A stretch of DNA of 64,000 nucleotides, taken from assembly GCA_029553475.1 (NCBI GenBank), contig JAKPKV010000186.1:7808-71807 (forward strand). The letters run 5' to 3'. Every line of letters starts with the position of its first letter. Positions within the stretch are counted from its first letter, which is position 1. The stretch comes from Armatimonadota bacterium. Lineage in GTDB: Bacteria; Armatimonadota; Hebobacteria; CAIYQO01. A program made the position numbers and the translations under genes. The notes under the pieces are model-generated. The model saw only the letters and a program-made list of their open reading frames with translations, searched no databases and was not told the DNA's origin. Positions 18,763-28,813 of this stretch are shown piece by piece.

Positions 18763-20526
18763 ATGCCCAACCTCTATACCGCCCTGCTCACCGCCTGGTG
18801 CGACGCCCTGCTCGCGCTGCAGCACACCGATGACCGCTGGCCCAGCCTCTCCGGCGGCCTCCTCTGCCCCGCGTGCTCGCTCATTCACGGCCGCTGCGCC
18901 GATGCCGTCTATCCGCTGCTGCGAATGGCTTCCGACACGGGGGACTCGCGCTACCTGGACGGCGCCATCCGCCTGCAGGCGTGGTCGGATCATGTGTCGC
19001 TGCCCGACGGCAGTTGGCTGAACGATCCGATGGGGCATGACTGGACAGGCATCACCGTCTTCGGCGCCCTGGCGCTCGGCGAAGCGCTGCGGCACTACGG
19101 CCATCTCCTCGAGGCCCCGGCGCATGCCCGCTGGCTGACGCGCTTCCGCGCCGCCATGGGCTTCCTCGATGGCTTCATGACCATGCGCACCGGCAACATC
19201 AATTACCCCATCACCTGCGCCGCCACGATGGCCGTTGCCGCCAACCTGCTGGACGACCGCCACTACGCTGCACGCGCCCGCTTCTTCGCCCACGAAAGCC
19301 TGCGCTACTTCACCGATAACGGCCTGATTTTCGGCGAAGGCCACCCCCAGGACGGCTATTCGCCGCGCGGCTGCCGCCCCGTAGACCTGGGGTACAACGT
19401 GGAGGAATCGCTCCCCGCTCTCGCGCTCTATGGCCGCCTCACCGACGACGCGGAGGTGCTGGACGCGGTGACCGCCTCGCTGCGCCGCCATCTGGAATTC
19501 ATGCTGCCGGATGGCGGCTGGGACAACAGTTGGGGCAGCCGCAACTACAAGTGGACCTACTGGGGCAGCCGCACCTCCGATGGCTGCCAGCCCGCCTGCG
19601 CCCTGCTGGCCGACCGTGACCCGCGCTTCGCCGAAGCCGCCGATCGCCATACCCAGCTCCTCGCCGCCTGCACCCACGACGGCCTGCTCCATGGCGGGCC
19701 GCATTACCGCATCCACGGCGAGCTGCCCTGCATCCACCACACCTTCTGCCACGCCAAGGCGCTGACCACGGTGCTGGACTACGGCGTCCCCGCGCCGACC
19801 GGCGCCCCTCTCCCGCGCGAGACGGCCGCCGGCGTGCAGGCCTTTCCGGAAGTCCTCACCTGGCTCCTCGCCCGCGGACCCTGGCGCGCCACCGTCACCG
19901 CCTACGACTGGGAGTATGCGCCCGAAGCCCATGCCACCGGCGGCGCGCTCACCCTCCTCTGGCACCCCGCCACCGGCCCGCTCATCACCGCCGGCCTCAC
20001 TGCATATCGCTCGACCATCGAGGTCTCGAATATGCAGCCCCTGCGCGAACCCGTCAATCTTTCCCTCACTCCGCAGCTCATCGCACACGTGGAGGGCCGC
20101 ATCTATCGCAGCATCAACGATGACGCCGCGAACGTGGAGGCGATCGAGACGGGAGGCGCCATCGTCATCACCGCGCACGGCACGCTGCCGGGCAGCCCGG
20201 GCGCCATCCCCTTCACCCTGCGTTATCACGTCACCGATGATCGCGTCACCATCATCGCCGCCGTCCCCACCGCCCCCGCCGGCGCCGACTTTTGCTACAT
20301 CCTCCCCATCGTCTCCGCGCATACCGAACCCGTCGCGATTGGCGATACCGCCGTCACCATCAGCAAACCTGGCGGTACCGTCCGCCTCAGCAGCACTCAC
20401 CCGCCGCGCATCTTCGACTGCGGGCGCCCCCGTCTTTTCAGCCCCGTCCCGGGCCATGAAGCGATACCGCTGGTCTATACCCTGCACTGCGGAGAGTCGC
20501 TGGAGGTCACGATAACCGTGCGCTAA
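18763..20526 (+). CDS. hypothetical protein; N-terminal alpha-helical repeat region plus C-terminal beta-rich region, possibly an (alpha/alpha)6-barrel glycosidase/lyase-like enzyme
   Basis: 588 aa with Cys/His-rich motifs (CPACSLIHGRC, CIHHTFCHAK). GGAG lies 7 nt upstream of the ATG at 18763. Its context, next to an esterase and GH-like genes, suggests carbohydrate metabolism; this is inference only. Confidence 0.45.
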   Translation: MPNLYTALLTAWCDALLALQHTDDRWPSLSGGLLCPACSLIHGRCADAVYPLLRMASDTGDSRYLDGAIRLQAWSDHVSLPDGSWLNDPMGHDWTGITVFGALALGEALRHYGHLLEAPAHARWLTRFRAAMGFLDGFMTMRTGNINYPITCAATMAVAANLLDDRHYAARARFFAHESLRYFTDNGLIFGEGHPQDGYSPRGCRPVDLGYNVEESLPALALYGRLTDDAEVLDAVTASLRRHLEFMLPDGGWDNSWGSRNYKWTYWGSRTSDGCQPACALLADRDPRFAEAADRHTQLLAACTHDGLLHGGPHYRIHGELPCIHHTFCHAKALTTVLDYGVPAPTGAPLPRETAAGVQAFPEVLTWLLARGPWRATVTAYDWEYAPEAHATGGALTLLWHPATGPLITAGLTAYRSTIEVSNMQPLREPVNLSLTPQLIAHVEGRIYRSINDDAANVEAIETGGAIVITAHGTLPGSPGAIPFTLRYHVTDDRVTIIAAVPTAPAGADFCYILPIVSAHTEPVAIGDTAVTISKPGGTVRLSSTHPPRIFDCGRPRLFSPVPGHEAIPLVYTLHCGESLEVTITVR

Positions 20527-20614
20527 CGACGGACGGGGCACCATACGATGCCCCGTCCGTCGTCAGCGCGCACTCGCGCGATTATCCGCATCAACGCCGG
20601 TCAGCCGCGCCGCA

Positions 20615-21241
20615 TCACGCCCCGACCCCCGCGCCGACCAGCCGGGCGGCAATCTCCGCCACGTGCCGTCCCTGAAAGCGGGCGATGGCCAGCTCGTTTT
20701 CGCTGGGCAAGCGCTGCCCCTGGCCGCCGGTGATGGTGCCGGCGCCGTAGGGGGAGCCGCCGGTGATTTCGTCGAGCGTCAACAGGCGCGCTTCCGCATA
20801 CGGCACCCCGACGATGAGCATGCCGTGATGCAGCAGCGTGGTGTGGAAGCCCAGGATCGTGCTCTCCTGCCCGCCGTGCTGGGTGGCGGTGCTGGTGAAC
20901 ACGCTGCCCACCTTGCCGATGAGCGCGCCCTGCGCCCACAATCCGCCGGTCTGGTCGAGGAAGTTGCGCATCTGCGCCGCCATAGTGCCGAAACGGGTCG
21001 GCGCGCCGAAGATGATGGCATCGGCCTCCGGCAGCCGCTCGACGTCCGCGAGCGGGATCTGCGCGAACGCCGCTTGCGCCGCCGCCGCGCCCGTGCGCTC
21101 CAACGCCTCCGCCGGCACCAGTTCGGGCACCCGCAGCAGCGTCACGTCGGCGCCCGCCGCACCCGCCCCCTCCGCCACCGCCTCCGCCATACGGTAGACA
21201 TGCCCATACATGCTGTAGAACACGACCTGTATCTTCGCCAT
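20615..21241 (-). CDS. wrbA: NAD(P)H:quinone oxidoreductase, WrbA-type flavodoxin-like protein
   Basis: [26 protein letters not shown] ... [50 protein letters not shown] is a near-canonical WrbA sequence. GGAGG RBS lies 9 nt upstream of the start. Confidence 0.8.
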   Translation of the reverse strand: MAKIQVVFYSMYGHVYRMAEAVAEGAGAAGADVTLLRVPELVPAEALERTGAAAAQAAFAQIPLADVERLPEADAIIFGAPTRFGTMAAQMRNFLDQTGGLWAQGALIGKVGSVFTSTATQHGGQESTILGFHTTLLHHGMLIVGVPYAEARLLTLDEITGGSPYGAGTITGGQGQRLPSENELAIARFQGRHVAEIAARLVGAGVGA

Positions 21242-21329
21242 AACATCACCCTCCTTCGAACATCGCCCCCGCGTGTCGGCCGTGCGCCCTGGAGGGCGAG
21301 ACTCCGTCGAGCCGCCGCACTGGGGCCGC

Positions 21330-21465
21330 GTCCCGATGAAATCGGGACGCATTTACCGGGGCCGCGGAGTTGTACTCCGCACGAGTGCCCTCACCCTGTC
21401 GTTGAACACAGAGCGTGCCAACGCGTGCGGAGTACAACTCCGCGGCCCCAGTGTCCCCCGGATTG
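21330..21465. repeat. cluster of three palindromes in the wrbA-hisI intergenic region (MITE-like)
   Basis: CGTCCCGATGAAATCGGGACG (21331-21351). A 26-bp perfect inverted repeat GGGGCCGCGGAGTTGTACTCCGCACG-N30-CGTGCGGAGTACAACTCCGCGGCCCC (21356-21440). A 16-bp perfect palindrome CCGGATTGCAATCCGG (~21447-21462). Shares AGTTGTACT and ACACAGAG with copy A termini. Confidence 0.4.
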
Positions 21466-21546
21466 CAATCCGGAGACGCACACCTGCCGATGCACAGCCC
21501 ACCAGAGCGAAAACACGTTGGCAAAGCGCATCAATCCGCGGGACGG

Positions 21547-21969
21547 CTAATCAGCTTTCTGATCATCTTCCGTCGTATAGACCTGCTCCGCGTCAAACAC
21601 CGTCGCCTCGACGATGCTGATGCGGCCGTCCTTGATGACGCGGTAGAAGCAGGAATAGTAACCGGTATGGCAGGCGCCGCCCGTCTGCTCCACCTTCAGC
21701 ACCAGGCAGTCCAGGTCGCAGTCTACGCGCACCTCCAGCACGCGCTGGCGGTGGCCGCTGCTCTCGCCTTTGCGCCACATCGCCCGCCGGCTGCGGCTGT
21801 AATAGGTGGAGAATCCCGTCTCCAGCGTCTCCGCCAGCGCCGCGCGATTCATGTAGGCCACCATCAATACTTCGCCTTTCACGTCCTGTACCACCGCCGG
21901 GATCAACCCGGCATCGTCCCATTTCATCTGCGCCAGGTCCAGCGTCATCTCGCCTTCGTATGGTTTCAT
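21547..21969 (-). CDS. hisI: phosphoribosyl-AMP cyclohydrolase
   Basis: [27 protein letters not shown] ... [11 protein letters not shown] are the HisI metal-binding motifs. Confidence 0.8.
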   Translation of the reverse strand: MKPYEGEMTLDLAQMKWDDAGLIPAVVQDVKGEVLMVAYMNRAALAETLETGFSTYYSRSRRAMWRKGESSGHRQRVLEVRVDCDLDCLVLKVEQTGGACHTGYYSCFYRVIKDGRISIVEATVFDAEQVYTTEDDQKAD

Positions 21970-22084
21970 CGGTTCTGTCCTCGTGATGGAAGATCGGGCA
22001 GAGTATACCATCCCTCCCCCCTCGGCGTAAATCGGGGATACCCCGCACAGATACGCGCCCGCCGCCCGTCGGATGCATCCGCTG

Positions 22085-22118
22085 CTGCCGTAGACGCCGG
22101 CCCCCTAGCGTGATAGAA
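22085..22118 (+). promoter_or_regulatory. candidate sigma70-type promoter for thyX (extended -10 TGATAGAAT)
   Basis: TAGACG-N17-TAGAAT with a TG extension, about 40 nt upstream of the thyX ATG. Confidence 0.3.
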
Positions 22119-22156
22119 TACTTCATCGCCACAGATTTAGCGTCAGGAGCCACTCG

Positions 22157-22894
22157 ATGACCGCCGAGACTGCCCGTGAAACCACCCTCGCCGTCCGCCT
22201 GGTTCATTGGACCGGCACGCTCTTTCCCGCCTACGCGGCGGCGCGGTTATGCTACAGCAAAGGCGGATTTGCCGGCATCCAGCCGCTGGAGAGCGAGCAG
22301 GCGATGGGCGTGTGGCTGCGCGACCGGGTGCTCTCGCGCGGACACTGGGGTATCCTGGAGCACCTTACCTTCCAGTTCGCCATCGGCGGCATCTCCCGCG
22401 CCTGCTCGCATCAACTGGTGCGCCATCGCCTTGCCTCGTATGCGCAGCAGAGCCAGCGTTATGTGGACAAAGCGGGATTCCGGTACCTCGTGCCGCCGCA
22501 TATCGCCGCCTGCCCGGAAGCGCTGGCGCTCTTCCGCCGGACGATGGACGAGCTCGGCACGCGATACGAGGAGCTGCAGCACCTGCTGCGCGCGGCGAAT
22601 CCCGCCGCAACCGGAGAATCGGTGAACGAAGACGCGCGCTTCGTGCTGCCCAATGCCTGCGAAACTGAGTTGGTGATGACGGTGAACGGCCGGCAACTGA
22701 TGACGATGACGCGCGAACGGCTGTGCATCCGCGCCCAGTGGGAGATCCGCGCGCTCTTTGAACGCATCCGCGCGCTGGCGCAGGCGGAAGTGCCGGTGGT
22801 CTTCGACAATCTCGGTCCCGATTGCGCCTGGGGCAAGTGTCATGAGGGCGGCTGTGAGCTGGCGGCAACCTATCGGAGGCGTCCAGGCTGGTGA
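22157..22894 (+). CDS. thyX: FAD-dependent thymidylate synthase
   Basis: ThyX signature RHRLASYAQQSQRY (RHR-X7-S). AGGAG RBS. Confidence 0.85.
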   Translation: MTAETARETTLAVRLVHWTGTLFPAYAAARLCYSKGGFAGIQPLESEQAMGVWLRDRVLSRGHWGILEHLTFQFAIGGISRACSHQLVRHRLASYAQQSQRYVDKAGFRYLVPPHIAACPEALALFRRTMDELGTRYEELQHLLRAANPAATGESVNEDARFVLPNACETELVMTVNGRQLMTMTRERLCIRAQWEIRALFERIRALAQAEVPVVFDNLGPDCAWGKCHEGGCELAATYRRRPGW

Positions 22895-23367
22895 GGATGT
22901 CGGATCACCACAACATCATGGCCGCCCCACCGTCTGCTGTCAGTGGATCACCGTCTACCGCCGTGGAATAGACGGCGCCGGATTTCCCACGCCATGTCGG
23001 ATCATGTGCACAATACGCGCGCAATCGCCCTTGCGTCCCGCCAATGTTGCGGTATCATAGGGGCGCGGGTGGGAGTGAAGTCGGAACAGATGCACGGGAC
23101 CGACGAATGTCGGACTAAGCATCCGGTGCACAGGGGCCGCCAATACAACCCGGTGAGCTCATCCCCGTGGGTGGATGGCAAACCGCCCGGAGGGTGCAGA
23201 AGGAACACTTCACCCCCCCGCGCGCAACGAGAACGGACAGTGAACGGGAGATCCTACCCGGAGAGGGGGGACAGGGACGGGACGCCAAAGCCCGTCCCTG
23301 TTCATTTACCTGTCCGCGGAGCCGCGGCAGTGCTCGCCGATGCGGCATCCTGCGCCGGGCACCTGCC

Positions 23368-24330
23368 TCACCACCACGTCCGCATGATCCACTGCCGCGC
23401 ACGCGACAGCGCATCCAGCTCCGCCTCTTCCTCCGCGGTGAGTCGCCAGCCGAGGGCGCCGGCGTTCTCGGCCACCTGTGCCGCCGTCCTCACCCCGGCG
23501 ATCGGCACGACGCCTTTGCCGATCGTCCAGTTCAGCGCCACTTGCGCGGGGGTGCGTCCGCCATGCGCGTCCCCGACGCGGCGCAGGGCCTCCAGCAATG
23601 GCGCCACCGCTTCCAGCTCGCGCTGGCGATACCGGCGCCCACGCGGACCGTTCGGCGGATGCTCAGGCGTATACTTCCCGGTGAGCAGGCCCTGCGCCAG
23701 CGGCATGGAGGCGATGAGCGTGATGCCCAGGTCGCGACAGACGTCGAGCAGGCCGCGCGTCTCCGGCGCGCGGTGCAGCAGGCTGTAGTGCACCTGATTG
23801 GACGCCAGTGCGACGCCCCGTTTCTCCAGCAACGCGTGCGCCCGCACCATCTGCATGGCGGAGAAATTGCTCACCCCGGCGGCGCGCGCCACGCCGGCCT
23901 CCACCGCCTCCGCCAGCGCCGCCAGCCAGGTATCCATCGGCGTCAAGGCATATGGCACGTGAAGCTGGTACAGGTCCACCGCCGGTAGGCGCAGCCGTTC
24001 CAGGCTGTCGCGCAGCGCACCGAGCAGCGCGCCTTTGCGAAGGCGGAACGGCAGCAGCGGGTGGAACTTCGTCGCGATCACCGGCCTGTCCGGCAGGTCC
24101 ACGATGCAGCGCCCGAGCAGTCGCTCGGCATGGCCCAGGCCGTACACTTCCGCGGTATCGAAGAAGGTCAGCCCGGCTTCCAGCGCCGCCCGGTAGGCGC
24201 CGCGCAGTTCCGCCTCCCTATCCTCCGTGCCGTAGCCCCGGAGGAATCGTTGCCCCCACCGCCGGGTGCCGATTCCCAGCGCCGGAATCGTAATCGGCGT
24301 ACGGCCCAGCGTTGTGCGCACGGTATCCAT
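23368..24330 (-). CDS. aldo/keto reductase
   Basis: GIGTRRWG...FFDTAEVYG...IATKF...LHVPY pattern gives the AKR Tyr/Lys catalytic tetrad region. Confidence 0.8.
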   Translation of the reverse strand: MDTVRTTLGRTPITIPALGIGTRRWGQRFLRGYGTEDREAELRGAYRAALEAGLTFFDTAEVYGLGHAERLLGRCIVDLPDRPVIATKFHPLLPFRLRKGALLGALRDSLERLRLPAVDLYQLHVPYALTPMDTWLAALAEAVEAGVARAAGVSNFSAMQMVRAHALLEKRGVALASNQVHYSLLHRAPETRGLLDVCRDLGITLIASMPLAQGLLTGKYTPEHPPNGPRGRRYRQRELEAVAPLLEALRRVGDAHGGRTPAQVALNWTIGKGVVPIAGVRTAAQVAENAGALGWRLTAEEEAELDALSRARQWIMRTWW

Positions 24331-24446
24331 GAGATTGCATTATACCAGCATCCACGTCAGCCGCTGTTCGCACCGCCTGCGCCGCGGCGCGTAGAGACGA
24401 GAACACCCGCCGCAGGAGCAACCTGTACGGCGGGTGCGATGCAGCA

Positions 24447-24522
24447 TGGTACGCCCGGCAGGAATCGAACCTGCGACCTCTAGGTCCGCAACCTAGCGCT
24501 CTATCCCCTGAGCTACGGGCGC
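24447..24522 (-). tRNA. tRNA-Arg (anticodon GCG)
   Basis: Reverse complement GCGCCCGTAGCTCAGGGGATAGAGCGCTAGGTTGCGGACCTAGAGGTCGCAGGTTCGATTCCTGCCGGGCGTACCA; anticodon loop TTGCGGA. Confidence 0.75.
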
Positions 24523-24535
24523 ATGGCGTGATGTC

Positions 24536-24632
24536 TGGCGGAGAGGCCGGGATTCGAACCCGGGAAGAGAGTTTAATGCTCCCTTACCCGCTTAGCAGGC
24601 GGGCGCCTTCAGCCTGACTCGGCCACCTCTCC
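24536..24632 (-). tRNA. tRNA-Ser (anticodon GCT), long variable arm
   Basis: Reverse complement GGAGAGGTGGCCGAGTCAGGCTGAAGGCGCCCGCCTGCTAAGCGGGTAAGGGAGCATTAAACTCTCTTCCCGGGTTCGAATCCCGGCCTCTCCGCCA. Confidence 0.85.
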
Positions 24633-24826
24633 GCGTGACCGGGATATTGTAGCAGAAGTCGAAAGGGATGGCAATACCCGTGACGGGGCTTCCTGCGAGA
24701 CGCGGACGATCTTGTGGTGGGCCAGCGCGATGTCCGGTGTGCAGCCCCCGCCGCCGGAGTACGCGTTGCCGCGACCATGAAAAGGTCCGGGGGCATGGCG
24801 CGGCGAAAGAGGGATGCCGGAGGTGG

Positions 24827-25555
24827 ATGCCGGTGACTGATGACGTGATGATTGCCGCGGAACCGAAGGTGGTGCCGCTGACCCCGATACGCAAGGCGAT
24901 TGCCGACCGCATGGTGGTGAGCAAGACGACGGCCCCCCATGCCTACGTGGTGATGGACGTGCCGATGGCGGCCGCGCTGCGCTTCCGCGAAGCCTTCAAC
25001 GCCGGCGGGCAGGGGAATACCGCCGGCGCGCGCATCTCGGTGAACGACCTGGTGGTGAAGGCGGCGGCGCTGGCGCTGCGCCAGGTGCCGGCGGTGAACG
25101 CCACTTTCGAAGACGGCGCGGTGGTGATGCATCCGGCGGTCAACGTCGGCGTGGTGGTGGCCATCGAGGGTGACGAGGGCATCCTCGTGCCGGTCATCCC
25201 CCATACCGATACGAAAGCGCTGCCGGAGATGAGCGCGGAAATCCGCGCCAAAGCGGAGCTCGCCCGCAAAAAACGCCTGCGCGCCAGCGACAGCCGCGGC
25301 GGCACCTTCACTATCTCCAACGTCGGCATGTTCGGCGTCACCTACCTGGTGGCGGTAGTGCAGCCCCCGCAGGTGGGCATCCTCGGCGTGGGCGCGGTGA
25401 CGCAGGTCGCCGCGGTGGAAGACGGCCAGGTGGTGGCGCGCCCGGTGATGGGCGTCGCCCTCTCCTTCGATCACCGCGCGGTGGACGGCGCGGTGGCGGC
25501 GAAATTCCTGGCGGCGTTCGCGGCGGTGCTGCAGGCGCCGGAGCACCTGCGGTAA
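24827..25555 (+). CDS. 2-oxoacid dehydrogenase acyltransferase (E2) catalytic domain only, without lipoyl or E3-binding domains
   Basis: LTPIRKAIADRMVVSKTTAPHAYVVMDV ... SFDHRAVDGAVAAKFLAAFAAVLQAPEHL carries the E2 catalytic DHRxxDG motif. Only about 243 aa. GGAGG lies 4 nt before the ATG. Confidence 0.6.
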   Translation: MPVTDDVMIAAEPKVVPLTPIRKAIADRMVVSKTTAPHAYVVMDVPMAAALRFREAFNAGGQGNTAGARISVNDLVVKAAALALRQVPAVNATFEDGAVVMHPAVNVGVVVAIEGDEGILVPVIPHTDTKALPEMSAEIRAKAELARKKRLRASDSRGGTFTISNVGMFGVTYLVAVVQPPQVGILGVGAVTQVAAVEDGQVVARPVMGVALSFDHRAVDGAVAAKFLAAFAAVLQAPEHLR

Positions 25556-25624
25556 GTCCGGCAGGCCAATCATGGCGTTTGCCCCCTGTTGCGGATGGAC
25601 AAGCCGGCATCAGGGGGTTTTCGC

Positions 25625-26149
25625 ATGAATGAGATACGCAAACCCACGCGACGGCGCTGGGCGCGGTGGGCGCTGGCGACGCTGGCGGCCCTGGGGGTCC
25701 TCGCGCTGGGGCTGACCCTGGTGTCCGCACACCTCTACCAGGGGCCGCGCACCCTGGATGCCGTCATCGCCGCCATGCCGGAGGCGCCGATTTTTCCCTT
25801 TTCCGAGTTGACGGCGAATAACCGCGCGGGACAGCGCGCGATGGCGATCCCCCTCTGGCTGCTGCGGCGGCAGGGCGCGGCGCGCGCGGAGACGGCGTTC
25901 CTCTGCGTGCCGGCTGATCCGGTATTTCTCCGCGCGTGGTATACGGGAGAGCTGACGAAAGCGGACTGGACACTGGCCACCAACGGGCAGCAGCGTCTCG
26001 TGTTCGTCAAAAATCATGCGGCCATCCAGGTACTCATTGGCCCGCGGCGCGACCTGCTGACCGCGTATCAACTGGTGTATCTGGACGGGTTGACGGACCG
26101 GCAGGTGGCGCAGTTGCTGGCCCCGGCGCGGGTAGACGCTCCCCGGTGA
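25625..26149 (+). CDS. hypothetical membrane-anchored protein
   Basis: N-terminal TM WALATLAALGVLALGLTLV; no recognisable domain. Confidence 0.35.
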   Translation: MNEIRKPTRRRWARWALATLAALGVLALGLTLVSAHLYQGPRTLDAVIAAMPEAPIFPFSELTANNRAGQRAMAIPLWLLRRQGAARAETAFLCVPADPVFLRAWYTGELTKADWTLATNGQQRLVFVKNHAAIQVLIGPRRDLLTAYQLVYLDGLTDRQVAQLLAPARVDAPR

Positions 26150-26168
26150 ATCCGGTAGACTGTGCAGC

Positions 26169-27359
26169 ATGGCGGACGATTTTACGGCGAAACACGGCGA
26201 AGCGACGCGGGCGATACACGGCGGGCAGGAGCCGGACCCGTATATCGGCGCGGTGAGCACGCCGATTTATCAGACCGCCTCTTTCGCCTTCGACTCGGTC
26301 GAGCAGGCGGTGGCGCGGGCGGCGCACCTGGAGGAAGGCTACAGTTACTCACGGGTTGGAAATCCCACCACGGACGCCCTCGAGCACAAGCTGGCGCTGC
26401 TGGAGGAGGCGGAGGCGTGCGTCGTCTTCGGCTCCGGCATGGGGGCCATCAGCGCGCTCTTCCTCGGTCTCTGCCGCACGGGCGAACACGTCGTCTGCGC
26501 CGACAGCATCTACGGCGCCACCCACGGCCTGCTCACCGGGCCGCTGGCGAAATGGGGCCTGAGCGCCACCTTCGTGGATGCCCGCGAACCCGGTAACGTG
26601 GCGCGCGCCATCCGCCCGGATACCCGCCTCGTCTACCTGGAAAGCCCCTCCAACCCCACCCTGCGCCTGGTGGATTTCGAGGCGGTGGCGCAGGTGGCGC
26701 ACGACCGCGGCGTGCTGGTGGCGGCGGACAATACCTTCGCCACCTCGGTGAACCAACTACCGCTGCGTGTGGGCGTGGACCTGGTGCTGTACAGCGCGAC
26801 GAAATACATCAGCGGCCACGGCGACACGCTGGGCGGCGCGGTGCTCGGCGGCGCGGAACTGATACGGCGCGTGCGGCAGGCAGAAATCCTGCACGGCGCC
26901 ACCCTCAGCCCGATGAACGCCTTCCTGCTGCTGCGCGGCGCGCAGACGCTGCCCCTGCGCGTGCGCGCGCACAATGCCCATGCGCTGGCGGTGGCGCGCT
27001 GGCTGGAGGGCCATCCCGCCGTCGGCCAGGTCATCTACCCCGGCCTGGAGCGCCACCCGCAGCACGCGCTGGCCCGCCATCAGATGCGCGGCTTCGGCGG
27101 CGTCGTCAGCTTCGACATGGGCAGCGAAGCGCGCGCCGAGCAGTATATTGACGCCCTGCGCCTCTGCACCATCGCCGCCAGCCTGGGCGATGTGAAGACG
27201 CTCGTCCTGCAGCCCGCGCGCATGTCGCACCGCTTCATGCCGCCCCAGGCCCGCGCCGACGCCGGCATCACCCCCGGCCTGGTGCGCCTCGCCGTCGGCC
27301 TGGAAGACGTGGAAGACATCATCGCCGATCTGGAGCAGGCGCTGGCGCGGGTGGAATAA
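26169..27359 (+). CDS. Cys/Met-metabolism PLP-dependent enzyme (cystathionine gamma-synthase / methionine gamma-lyase / O-acetylhomoserine sulfhydrylase family)
   Basis: PLP-lysine motif YSATKYISGHGD. PIYQTASF and GNPT motifs at the N-terminus. Confidence 0.8.
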   Translation: MADDFTAKHGEATRAIHGGQEPDPYIGAVSTPIYQTASFAFDSVEQAVARAAHLEEGYSYSRVGNPTTDALEHKLALLEEAEACVVFGSGMGAISALFLGLCRTGEHVVCADSIYGATHGLLTGPLAKWGLSATFVDAREPGNVARAIRPDTRLVYLESPSNPTLRLVDFEAVAQVAHDRGVLVAADNTFATSVNQLPLRVGVDLVLYSATKYISGHGDTLGGAVLGGAELIRRVRQAEILHGATLSPMNAFLLLRGAQTLPLRVRAHNAHALAVARWLEGHPAVGQVIYPGLERHPQHALARHQMRGFGGVVSFDMGSEARAEQYIDALRLCTIAASLGDVKTLVLQPARMSHRFMPPQARADAGITPGLVRLAVGLEDVEDIIADLEQALARVE

Positions 27360-27398
27360 GCAGCTGTAGTCTGCGGTAATATAATAAGGAAGGCCGAG

Positions 27399-28715
27399 AT
27401 GAGCATGACAGGATGGCGACAGCGATCTCCTCAACGGCAGCGTCGGCTTCGGGTTTTCCTTGTTGCGATTTTTCTGCTGATAACCGGCATCGGTTGGATG
27501 CGGTTATCAGCGCCGGCGCGGCTGACAAAGACCAATCACTGGCGGTATAATCAGCACGTTGATATTCGTCAGCTGCTTGACGATGGCATGATCGTCGTGC
27601 ATCACCCGCGGGTGACCGGCAAAGCCGCTACGTATTCCCGGCTGGATTGGGCAGGACGGGAGGCGGCAATCATCACGACGCTGCCTTCACCCGTCAGTTT
27701 TCGCATAGAGGCGAGGTCGCCTGATGAGCGGATCATCGCCTCCTTCTCGACTGACGCACGCACCGCCACGCTCATCACCCTGAATAGCCACCACGTCATC
27801 AGCCGCGTCACTTTTCCCATCGGGTTACTGCATCCTCCCGCCCACTTCGATATCGCGGAACGTTACGACGTGGCGGTAGATGAGGCCGGTCGGGTCATGA
27901 TCGCCTGTCCCAACGCCCCTGTTGTCTCGTTGGTTGCGGTACAGCATGGCACAGTTGTTGCGATGGGACGCTGCAATGGCAGCTTGCCAAAGCCGAAACA
28001 GTACGAAGGCTTTTACGCCCAGTTAACCAGCGATGGTTCGGCACTGGTCAACACCGTCACCGATGCCGCGGCCACGCGGTACGAGTATCACCGCATTGAG
28101 CATACCGGCCAACGGCTCACCACCACGCTGCTGTGGACCGGCGCGCGAGATTCCTTTGATCCTGCTGGCGCCGGCGATTGTATGATCGGGAGTGATTACC
28201 AGCAGGACGATGGGTGGATCGTGCGCACAGTGCTCACAGCTACGCACCGCGACACGCCTGCTTACGCGGGAATGCGCTTGCTGAATTCGCAGCGAGTCGC
28301 CGGGGGATGGATCGCCATACGCGGCAGCACTACAGCGTTCGTACGCATACAGCATGTCGTATCGGGTGACCACTGGCAGTTTCGGTGCACCACGCCAGCG
28401 CCTCGGGTATACCTCACACCCGATGGACGCTACGCGCTGTGCGTTGAACCCGTTGCCGAGACACCGGTCGTGACGCTGACGAAACGGTGCTGGTCTCTCG
28501 CGCCCTGGCACAAGAAGCCCATTCTGCTGCCCGAAGTGCGGATATCCATCTTTGAACGCCCCGGTCGCTTGCGGGCCAGCGCCTACAGCCGATATGGCGC
28601 ATATCCCGCGCCCACAGCATCATGGGCATTCGGAACCGACTACCACCTCTCGCCCGACGGCCGGACCGTCGTGGTGAACTGTGAAAAGCATGGCGCGACG
28701 GTTTTCTCCTGGTAG
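27399..28715 (+). CDS. hypothetical membrane-anchored protein, lower GC than its neighbours
   Basis: N-terminal TM VFLVAIFLLITGIGW; no known domain. By eye about 58% GC. Confidence 0.35.
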   Translation: MSMTGWRQRSPQRQRRLRVFLVAIFLLITGIGWMRLSAPARLTKTNHWRYNQHVDIRQLLDDGMIVVHHPRVTGKAATYSRLDWAGREAAIITTLPSPVSFRIEARSPDERIIASFSTDARTATLITLNSHHVISRVTFPIGLLHPPAHFDIAERYDVAVDEAGRVMIACPNAPVVSLVAVQHGTVVAMGRCNGSLPKPKQYEGFYAQLTSDGSALVNTVTDAAATRYEYHRIEHTGQRLTTTLLWTGARDSFDPAGAGDCMIGSDYQQDDGWIVRTVLTATHRDTPAYAGMRLLNSQRVAGGWIAIRGSTTAFVRIQHVVSGDHWQFRCTTPAPRVYLTPDGRYALCVEPVAETPVVTLTKRCWSLAPWHKKPILLPEVRISIFERPGRLRASAYSRYGAYPAPTASWAFGTDYHLSPDGRTVVVNCEKHGATVFSW

Positions 28716-28813
28716 CTCCCCCGCCGATGTCCGCCGGCGACGCCGGTGCCCCTCTCCGCCATCTTTCTGAAATGACGGGAGGAAATCGTGCCCGCCACAC
28801 GAAGTCTACGCAT

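Noticed and set aside
23040-23310. GC-rich structured intergenic region after thyX, with motifs loosely resembling RNase P RNA P4 strands (GGGAGUGAAGUCGG ... ACAACCCGGUGAGC) and an SRP-like CCGGAGGGUGCAGAAGGAAC. It also has a hairpin CAGGGACGGG-N10-CCCGTCCCTG.
   Set aside because: The motif spacing (~90 nt) is far too short for RNase P RNA and the SRP domain-IV match is weak. Without covariance-model scoring I cannot call an ncRNA. The hairpin lacks a U-tract and is about 380 nt from the thyX stop.
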